From Mesotaenium endlicherianum (taxonomy: Eukaryota): 32,975 nucleotides of DNA. The stretch spans positions 143,217 to 176,191 of the forward strand of contig WELA01000853.1 of assembly GCA_009602735.1 (NCBI GenBank). The letters are read 5' to 3'. The position numbers and the translations under genes were made by a program. Every line of letters starts with the position of its first letter. Position 1 is the stretch's first letter. The notes beneath the pieces were generated by a model that worked only from the letters and a program-made list of their open reading frames with translations, was not told where the DNA came from and did not search any database. This document shows, piece by piece, positions 13,059-22,700 of the stretch.

Positions 13059-14774
13059 TTACTGGCGTCCTCTTTTTTCATGCTGTTGAGGTTGCTTCGC
13101 CTTCACATGGCAGTATCGAGCCAAATGTCCATGAAAGGGAAGAGGGTGCGGAGAGTGCGCCCACACACACTCACGCACCCTCACCCGCGAGTGGAAGCGT
13201 GCACGAGGACCTTTCCTAGTTGCATACACTAGGTGGAGTGGCTTTGTGGTGTGCCACCCTTGCAAGAGAGAGAGAGTTACATGAGCGAGGAGTGGAAAAG
13301 AACTCACTTTATAAGAAAAGTTGTGTACAAGATACGAAGGTTAGACTAGAATGAGCTCTCTCTACTTCCTTGTGCTTCTCATTTATCCTTTAACTCTCAG
13401 TGTCCTCTCTAGCAAAGTATCTCCAGAACCTTCTACTATGGCTCCTTCCATGTAGATGACCTTGCCTAGTTGGACAAGCTAGCACACTCACACGCACACA
13501 ATCACACTCTAGAATATTCTACTACACAATCCACTAACCCCTCACGGAGTTTCTAGAAATTCCACGATCACTTTCGCACTCTACGTAATTGTACGTAGTT
13601 TCTGGAACCCTCATGTTTCAATGTCCTACTTCCTGGACTCCAACCGAAATTTACGTCACTGGACCTGTCCTTGTCACTAAATAGAATCCATGACATTAAA
13701 AACTCACTAAAAACTTCCAAAATTCATAACTTTCTCAATACTTGTCCAAATGACTTGAAATAAAGGCCAAAGTTCTTCTCAAATCACACTCTTTGCATAT
13801 AAAATACTAGAAAGATACAAACTACACTTTCATAACCTTACAGTCCAAGCTTGCCACAATTATAGCAGGGTCCTCTCGGCTTAAAATTCTGCGGCCTGCG
13901 CTGGTACTGAACAAGTCCCAACTCCATAGGTATTGGACCTTGAACACTCGTGCTTAGCGCTTGAGATCCAAAGTGTCGATATCCTCCAAAGTTGTGGCTG
14001 CCCCACTGCCTTTGACTATACTCCACAACGTCGACCCTTGTTGCCAATGCTATCATTTCTCCAAGATTGGTAGGGTCCTTGAGCGCCACTTCCTTGGCCA
14101 CAGTTGGCCGACTCGTGCATGGATGGACATTGAAGCACCATCTCGTTGAAGCGCGAAACATACTCGTGAACGCTTCCTCATTGACGAAGGCGCACCAATA
14201 GATCTCGAGCGGTAGCCTCGGGTGCAATAGGTTGAAATGGCCTTTTCAAGCCTTCAAAGAGCTGATCAATAGTAGCAGGAACTCTGGACAGCTGCTCCTC
14301 TCGCTCATACCAAGCTCCAGCTATCCTCTTCAACAAAATAATCACAAAGGCGACTTGCTTGTCGGATGTGAGCGCAGAATACTCCATAAATTTCTTCATA
14401 CCAAAAATCCATTGATGAACAGGCGGCGATCCACGCTCTCCAGTGTACACTTCAGGCTTAGGCGCACGCACTCCCGATGCGGGTGGAATAACTGGTTGCA
14501 CCACTGGGTTAACATGGATTGGTGGTACAACAGGTGCAGGTGCCGAACTTGTCGAAGGGACATTTCCAACAACAACTCGCACCATTCTCTCCACCTCCGC
14601 GCGCATGTTTTGTTGAAATTGGGCGTAGACTTCTCCTCTAATTGCATTTGCCATTTGCCTTAGCATCGCCTGCATCTCTTGTTGCTGTCTGGTCATTGTT
14701 GGTGCCACCTGCTGCCCCGCGCTCTCAACATGCTCGACATATTCGCCTCCTCCAGCTGCCGGTTGCGACTCCAT
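13059..14774 (-). pseudogene. gag, split by a solo LTR
   Basis: PKPEVYTG, AGAWYE, LRQ*GSVHEY (stop at 14178-14180), a frameshift/deletion near 14110, and GPIPMELG. The zinc knuckle CYNCGKLG|HLARYC is restored when 13132-13847 is removed. Confidence 0.93.
13132..13842 (-). mobile_element. Solo LTR of a related chromovirus family nested in gag
   Basis: 711 bp with TGAAAGGG...CCTTACA termini like the host LTRs. Perfect 5-bp TSD GTCCA (13127-13131, 13843-13847). Shares the cataact(t/c)tctcaatactt motif, but the interior is otherwise divergent. Confidence 0.93.
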
Positions 14775-14797
14775 AATATAATATGCAAACTAGCCCA

Positions 14798-14809
14798 GCT
14801 CCGATACCA
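14798..14809 (-). promoter_or_regulatory. Primer-binding site, tRNA-iMet type
   Basis: Minus strand TGGTATCGGAGC lies 2 nt after the 5' LTR, one mismatch from canonical TGGTATCAGAGC. Confidence 0.92.
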
Positions 14810-14811
14810 AA

Positions 14812-15567
14812 TGAAAGGGGCAGAGTGCTGTAGTGGAAGCGTAGTAACTCACGAGGAAAGGAACTAGTTGCAATCATACTAAAGAGTGCAGCGACATATC
14901 ACTAAGAAAGTTTAGGAAAATTACTCAAAATGAGTAGCAATAAACTGCTCACAAATGATGTTAGATGGAAGGTGTTGTCATTACAAATCCGTAGAAATTT
15001 ACAGAAGTGAAAACTGATAAGAAACAAAAAAGTTATGCTTATTTATAGTTTTCTACGACGGCCGCTCGCCCCTAGGCGGGAGAGCTGCTTAGCAACGGAT
15101 TTTTTTCAAATCGTGTTTGTCAAGTTGTCCCTTCCAGAATATTTGTAAGAAAGCCAGATCAGTCTCATCTGACGTGTTGAGCCGATTTGACGTCCACATG
15201 CATGCATCGAAATATCTAGAATACACTAACTTAGACACGCTAGGCTAATCCGAAACTTCTAGGTAAATCGACCTAGTCGGCACTCCGCGTCAGCCAAACT
15301 TTTGTGAAGGTTCGAATTCACTCTAACGGCCCAGATCGTTTGATGCTGTCGGTCAATCCAACGGTCGCGCTCACCGCGAATTAAGGACAGTCGTCAACCG
15401 ACCTTAAAACTAATTAAACTTCGGAAATTCAAAACTCTCTCAATACTTAACCAAATTCAATGAACTTTATATAAAAATGACCACAAAAATACATTCTACA
15501 CTTCTATCCAATCAAAAAATACTTTTAAGGAACTCAAAAATGCACTTTGTAAACCTAGGACCTTACA
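14812..15567 (-). repeat. 5' LTR
   Basis: Direct repeat of 8714-9470, adjacent to the PBS. Confidence 0.97.
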
Positions 15568-15572
15568 ATGGT
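15568..15572. repeat. Right target-site duplication ATGGT
   Basis: Identical to 8709-8713. Confidence 0.95.
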
Positions 15573-16220
15573 GGCTCGAGAAGATGATGGTGTGAGTGAA
15601 AAGATTGATGACTTTATTATGCGTTTCACTAAGAGGATAGAAAAATTATGTGGAACAATCACAAAAAAAGGAATCAGAATGGTGATCTTTGTCTATGCAG
15701 TCTATTAGTTCTAGCTGGCCCACCAAAATTGTTGAGCAGCTCTAAGATAATTCAAATCGGACCAATAAAAAATGTCCAGGCTGCTGCCAATCGCTTGAAT
15801 GTCACTGCTGTTAACCTGCTCATCGAAGGTGGTGGCATCAAGAAAGTGACGATTTGAATGCAGAGATTGATAACTTGTATTATGCAATCCACTAAGAGAA
15901 TAGGAAAATATGCGTAAATTAAAAGGGATCGAAATGTGTATTTTCATAGTAATTAAAGTGGTTTTGGCAGGAGACCCAATAGACCAAATTCTAAGGCACC
16001 TTAAAATTATGATACTAAAGGAAAGAAGAATATTTAAACTGATATGATTTTGCATTGATTTTTTATAGTGGTTGAAAGGTAACTTGGAATTGCAGAAATA
16101 TAAGAAGATTGGGCACATTGATGCATTTTTAAAAGGCAACGCTATTAATTGGTGGTTGGAAGGAGGACTAAAAGACTAAACAACTCGACATTTTTTTGTG
16201 CAAAGAGTTTGTTCAGTAGT
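15573..16220 (+). pseudogene. Degenerate Ty3/gypsy gag relic (second family, copy A)
   Basis: PKAP*NYDTKG near 15990 and WLKGNLELQKYKKIGHIDAFLKGNAINWW at about 16069-16156, the L-x-G-x-A-x-x-WW capsid motif. Homologous to 17890-18140. Confidence 0.65.
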
Positions 16221-17353
16221 TACATGACAACTTCAATGTCATAAATCAGCTAGAAAAAATTACCTAGTTAAGAATCTCTTCGTTGTTAAAACAACTTATA
16301 TTTGTTGTCAAGTATACTCAAAGATTTCAAAAATACTCGATGAAGCAGTCGCTGCTATCTATGTTGTACAAAATAGTATGTTTTTAACAATGGCTTGACG
16401 ACAAAAAGTGTCTAGTACATCAGTTGAGGAGATAAATAAATTATTGGTTGATTTAATTTGAGATATTGATGTTGAACATCAATAAAGATTTGATGACAAG
16501 CATCTGGTTAGTGTGCACTGGTAGCTAAGTTTGTTAAAGATTTTACACGGTTTCTTAATTGCAATATAAGATCACGAGGATGAAGACGAGTTAGTTTGTG
16601 AGGGCAACACATGAGTATCAAGTGATGCAGTCTAGATACAGGTCGTAGTAGATCCTCTTGAGGAGGCTATAGGAGAGGCGATAGTAGAGTTAAGCCAAGG
16701 CCAGCCTCATCAAACTCAATCTCCTACCATTGCCAAGAGAAGGTACACACTAAGGCCGCATGTCTTAACAAGCATTTGCCTCAAGTCTGCAGAAAGGTCA
16801 AATCGCAAAACAAAGGCAACAATTATTAACGCAGCCTCTTATATGTGAGAATGCTAAAGGTAGTGAGAAATTGCTACTTGTCCTCCTAGCAAGTGTCATG
16901 GGACCTACTAAACTCGATTCACTATGTATGTTTGTCAATATGGATTTTCAGAAAGTACACACTTTAGATTGTCTTGTTAAATTTGATGACTAACATTTTT
17001 TTATTTCTTTGTTACGTCAGGAGAATAATGCAACCATTTAAAAAAGTGAACTCCTCCCATCACACGGCATTGCATGATTGCAAGCTTAGAGGAGAGAGCA
17101 TTTTTTACCGGAGGAGCGTCACACACATGTATCAATGAGGACTAAGATCAGCGACTGCAATGAATTAGTATATTATAAATTACATTGGTTAAATATTCTA
17201 AAAAATAGGTTTAGTATGCTGAGCTTTATAATTCAGTATGATGGCTTAGCTAAAAGTAACGGGCAGGCTAAAGTCTACTTAAGTCAGCTTGCTGATACAT
17301 TCTCTGACAACCAGTTTACCACCTCAAGCGGAACTTACGTCCACTCATATTAC

Positions 17354-18140
17354 TGGTATGGGAGCTCTTATCACAATTTCTTTAGTAGTAGTACAGACTC
17401 GGTGTCAAATTAGCAATCCGAATAACATGAAAGGTCAAAGAGATACATCCATGGTCTTTTTATTGAAGTCAAGGCTGTGTTAGTTTAGAAATTGAGAAGC
17501 CAAATAAGAAGCTATCGCATTCGTAGCGATAGCAACCCGGTAGGCTGACCCTGTTAAAGTAGAATTTGAGTGCTTAGCTAAGAGAAAGGAGACATTTGGC
17601 TGATGCCAGAACAGTCAAGGAAGATATGGCATTCAGGGCCAATTTTTGCAATAACCCTTTTGTTGTATCCAATATTGTTTTAATTGCAATTGTTCGAAGG
17701 AAATTGAACGGGAATGGGGGTGACTAATGCAGTAGCCAGAGAAAATGCAGAAGCTGCTACGCTTGAATGCTGCTGCTGCTGATCTACCTCCACATAATGT
17801 TCGTTAAAATGCAGATGCAAAAAGGATCATGCTTGGAATGCAAGTTGCAACGGACAAACCAAGTTGGCTCTCAAACTGACCGAAGTGGTAGTAGAGGACC
17901 TAGTAGGCTGAAACCAAAAGCACCTCATAATTATGACTCTGAGGAAAATGATAGGTACTATCTTGTACAATGACGTTTTTTAGTGATGTTTAGCAATGGT
18001 TGGAGAATTATCTCGTCCTGCAAAGCTTGGAAAAGGTCAAAGACACTGGTGCTTTGCTGACAGGCAGCGCGGCAGACTGGTGGCTCTATTGGAGGGAGGA
18101 GAGGAAGTTTATACTACTCAATGAGCCCACATGGGAAGTT
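17354..18140 (+). pseudogene. Degenerate Ty3/gypsy gag relic (second family, copy B) preceded by a PBS-like motif
   Basis: TGGTATGGGAGC at 17354-17365; LKPKAPHNYDSEE at about 17908-17946; WLENYLVLQSLEKVKDTGALLTGSAADWWLYWREE...PTWE at about 17997-18137. Confidence 0.7.
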
Positions 18141-19157
18141 GTATTGAATCAATTTATTATTATTTGAGTTATTCCATCAAAGTATATGTCAATAAATTAG
18201 TGAATATGTCAATATACTCACATGTGCGAATAAATTTTAATGAATGTATATCGATATGATGCGAGTTTACTCACTTTGTCGAAAAGGTCAGTAGGATGAC
18301 ATATGCATCACAGTGTAGTTCACTGGCTTTGTCAACCGAGGTCACAAACGTTTATATTTGTAATAGATCATAAGTAGGCTAATTTGTAGACATAGTAAAG
18401 TTGCTTAATATTATTAGACTCAGTACGTTGAGGGTATATTCATTTAGATGAGTATTATATATTGGCACATATGAACGATCCTTACTACTAGGTAGACCGA
18501 AAGTCGAGTGGTTGACTGAGTTCGGTGAACCGATGTTGTACTTGTGTGGATAGACGGAGACGTTATCAGTTAGCTGGCAATTACGACTTCTGTCGATCGA
18601 CCAAATAATATGGTCGTTATACTTCAATCCTTGGGTTGCAACTAAACATGTTTCCTTACAAAACGACGCACCTTGCGCCATGGTGAACCAAGTGGTCATA
18701 AGGTACATAGCAAGCTGTCGACTGAACTCTTAGGATTTCAGTCAACCAACTGGATAATGTGGTCATTAAACTTATATCCGAAGTGTTCTAATTTTGCTAC
18801 AGCTAACTTAGCGAACTAACGTACGTATCAAACTAAGCATAGTAGCGTACATCGTAATCTTGCTTTAACGAGCCAATGTACAACCATGTTTCTAGAAAGG
18901 ATGAGCATAGGAAAACATCATAAAACATATCTATCTCCACAAGGCTCAGCCGGGAGCTATATGCACACATCGCTAAGAGTGGTGTTGAGGTATTTGTGCT
19001 GTACTAAGACTTGAGTGAATGACTTGAGTAAGTCAGTCAGCAACGTGGTGGTGCATCTTCATGGTAACAAAGACTTGACACAATACAAGTACGTTACACA
19101 CGGAAAAATACTCATTGAAATGTGCTCACCTCAGCACATCATAGGGTGACGAACTAC

Positions 19158-19209
19158 TTTGTAACCTTCGGACGTTGACAACATTTGTAACCTTCGGACG
19201 TTGACAACA
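19158..19209 (+). repeat. Perfect 26-bp tandem duplication
   Basis: TTTGTAACCTTCGGACGTTGACAACA x2. Confidence 0.95.
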
Positions 19210-19788
19210 TTATAGGGAGAGTTGCACACCAGCTTGTCTGCAACTCTGTGGAATTAAGCTATGAAGGTGCTTGCGGGGGATACATGTTTGTACTAACACG
19301 AGATGTGGTCAAGGCATCCAAACATCTTTAGAGTCCCGAGGGCCGAAGGGTGGTACATCCATGGCCATCCATAGCCCCCTCGTGACACATGTACGGCCGC
19401 ATTAACCCTTGGGGCCAAGCACCACCACCACAATAAGGATAGCAATGAGCCCGCTGACTCTCTGAGCAGCAATGATTGACGGCATCAGAAGCTCTTTGAA
19501 GAAAGCTTAACCCCTTACCTTGTAATACCCACACCTCTCTCCTCCCCTCTTCCACCCACCCCCTCGGCGCGACCTGCTTGAAGAAGGCAAACATAGGGTT
19601 GCAAGGCCTTCAGAGAGACAAAAGAGCTTCATCTGTTGAACCCAAACAGACCCTCAAGAAATTCCTCGTTATCACAAGCTGCATGCAGACATAAGATTTA
19701 TGTTTTATCCTTATCTGCGCCCTCTCACATAACGACACCCACCCATTTTTCTCTCACACTCTCTCTCCAATCCCCCTTCATGCTGGCG

Positions 19789-22700
19789 CTAAGTGACGCC
19801 CAGTATCCATCCTTCTTCCATGATGACTTTCTCGACAGCGATTGCGTGTGTGATCATGTCGCCCCCTTGCTGTTGCTCTAGCTCATTCAGAGAATTCCTG
19901 TCAACTTGCGCTTGATTCTTGTGATGAGACTGACTGCTGCAGGCTTGCAGGCTAGCCAGGTGGCGGCCCTTGAAGGTGGGCCCCTGGAAGAGGGCGGCAA
20001 GGAGGCCGGCAGAGTCCAGCTTGGCGAAATGCATGGCCAGGGCTCTGACCTGTTCATTGAAAAAATGTGAAGGAGATGATCAGACTAAATCATGATTTAA
20101 CATGAACAGATGACACTTGCATGCCAGGTAGACGGAGTGAGAAGCTGAGTATATGTCATCAATCAATCACATGAACGTTCCCTTGCGCACATGCACAGGC
20201 CTGCACCAGGTTGGGCTTTCGGTTTGCTGGCACCTATTTACGATCACCCCCGCAAGTGCTGTGGGCAACTTGTGTTCCCCATAGGCATAGCATACGATTA
20301 AAGAAATCAGCACGAAGCGGCATGGTAGTGTGAGCACGAGCCGCATGCACGCAAACTCGATGCACGCCACTTTGAAGCGTATTAAGTCGTCCCAAAGAAG
20401 AGAACGAAGAAACGTTTCTCAGAAAGTCATTCAGGTACGAACTCAAATTGTACGCAAATGTCATATGCAGTGTCCATTTAGAGGGCCACATTATCAAAAA
20501 ATCATGCCACATGAATGCTAATCACTACTTCTCCAGGTAGGATGACAGGTGGCTCAGGTGAGGTGTGCCACCTGGCCGGCGTCTTTGGGCTCTCCCGGGC
20601 GGCAGTCGGGCGGGATTAGCGACGGATACACCTGCTCCCCAGGGATCACCCCACTCTCCCATGCCCACCAGAGAACGTAGTGTGCGCGTCTTGTGAGGGA
20701 GAACCCAGGGCGAGCATGTGACCACGCATGGAAGGAGCAGAGGGTGCACAAGGCCGAGCGGGTATTCGAGCGAGGATGACGAGGACGCATGATCGAGCAC
20801 TTGCCTTCTCGTGAAGACGATCAACGCTGGCATGCAAGCTACCCTTTCAGACTTAGGGGGGTGGGGTTTTGAGCTTTGGGACAAGCAGGGCCGGCTCGAA
20901 GCCTAGGGCTGCACACTTTGCACGGCCTATCCACGATCTACATCCCTCACGCCCTGACAGCTGGCACCCAGGAGTTCGATGCCAAAGGTCTCGTGGGCTC
21001 AACAGCAAGACGAACGGTGGGCCTTACCCTAAGCCTGACACCCGCAACCCTAAGCCCGACCAAAACCCTAAGACTCCATACGCCCCTGCAAGAACTAACG
21101 CCGGAATTAAGAAAGAGCAGAGCTGACGGATAGCTTTGCTTCATTCAGAGTCCCGGAATTTACGCGCATGCGTGTCTACATCCTGGTAGCCCTAGGCCTC
21201 CTCTGATGTCCGCACTCCAAAGAAGAGAGGATACTACCGCACGCATGCTGTCGCCAATTGTCGGCATGTGTGGCACCAGGTGAGGGGCGGCGCACGTGGC
21301 GCCACTCCCTGCAAACAGCCACTTGGCGCCACTTGGAGCTACCTGGTGCTACCTGGCAGCGCCATCTGGACCGGGGAATGTAGGGGTTGAATTCGTCAGG
21401 AGCTGACGCAGAGGACTCACCTCAGCGAAAATGATTTGCGCCTCCCTCCCCGGCCCCTCCTGGCCCTCCAGGTGGCCTCCTGCGGGCGTGACAGGTGGCG
21501 CACAGAGAGGGGCCCTCAGGCCGGTCTCGTAGGGCCACACGAGCGAGCACCGGCGCAGGTGGGGGTGGTCTCTCAGCTGCCGGACTCGGGGGATGCCGAG
21601 CAGACTCTGCATGCGCAGGAGGAGGGGGAGGAAGAAAACGAGCACGTGAAAACTTGGCGGGAGCGTGTGTACTTGATCAATCGGAGCTAAAAAGGGAGAC
21701 TTGGAGGGGGCGAACAGTGTGTGGATTTGTACAACTCACGAACCCCTTTCGCCCAACGAGACACATGGCACAGAATGGTGGGAGCATCACACATGCGTCA
21801 CGCGCATGAGTGCCGCCTCCGGGAGGCGAGAGTCTGCTTTCTCACGCGCGGCACTGTCCAAGCTCCGCAGAAGGCAGGAGGCAGGGGTGAGAAGGAAAGG
21901 GGGAAGGAGGGGCTCCCTTGCTCTCACGGGCAGGCCGCACATGCCATGGGAGTTCTCTACAGGTGCGATACTCGTTTGCTGCGCTCGCTCCAGAGAAGGG
22001 GTGGTCAACTCATTCTTTCAAGAAGGTGAAGTTATCCTCTCTAGTAGAATGAACGCCCTACGGCCCCTCCCTCTGCGTTTTCCACCTGCCCGCATACTCC
22101 CTGCCAACAGCCAGAGGTGGAGGGCACACCTGACCGGAGAAACAGAAGGGTACCTGAAAGCTGAGGTGCCCGTCAAAAAATGCACCTGGGTGTCGTGACA
22201 GGGGGTTCACATCTGGGTCGAGCAACAGACGGGCGCCTGTATGGGTGCAGGTGCAACAGAAGGGCACCTGACCTGACCTGGGAGCCCACAGAGCCAGTGG
22301 TGAAGAGCTTCCAGGTGGAGTGTGCCCCGCACCTCTCCTCTGCCAGCCGCCTCTCCGCCAGACGTGGGGACCATTCGACGCCCCTCGGATCCTGGGGAGG
22401 GGGCTTTGTCATGGTGAGAAAAGGGCCCACTTTTCCCTTGGGGCACCCCCAGAAGGGATATGCGCCGCCCGAAATCTGCCATGGCACCACTGAGCAGAAA
22501 GTTCAGCTCTGTCGATGAGCACTGTCTCTTTATCTCGGCCTTGGGTTGCAGCTGGAAATACGGACTTATGGTCATACGGACATGGGGAGGGACGCCAGAG
22601 GATGTGTAATAAGAGTAATGAAAAACTCGACGCGACCACGCGGACACAGATACAAACATAGTCGTAGGTAGGCAGGCAGGCAGGCGGGGAGGGAGGGAGG

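Larger units (their letters stand above)
8714..15567 (-). mobile_element. Full-length decayed Ty3/gypsy chromovirus LTR retrotransposon
   Basis: Two ~757-bp LTRs with TG...CA ends, a 5-bp TSD, PBS and PPT. Domain order is gag-PR-RT-RNaseH-INT-chromodomain, with multiple stops and frameshifts. Confidence 0.98.

Noticed and set aside
9633..14867. Plus-strand ORFs within the retrotransposon
   Set aside because: Antisense shadows of gag-pol with no recognisable motifs.
17136..17347. Short LTR (TGAGGAC...GTCCACTCA) ahead of the PBS-like motif
   Set aside because: The termini are imperfect, the spacer to the PBS is 6 nt, and there is no second copy in the window.
19158..19209. CRISPR-like repeat
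   Set aside because: Only two adjacent copies, with no spacer and no cas genes, in a eukaryotic context.
19328..19594. Additional coding exon downstream of the DUF429-like gene
   Set aside because: The gene already ends with the family's terminal EEGWILG motif and a stop at 19789; at most this is 3' UTR.
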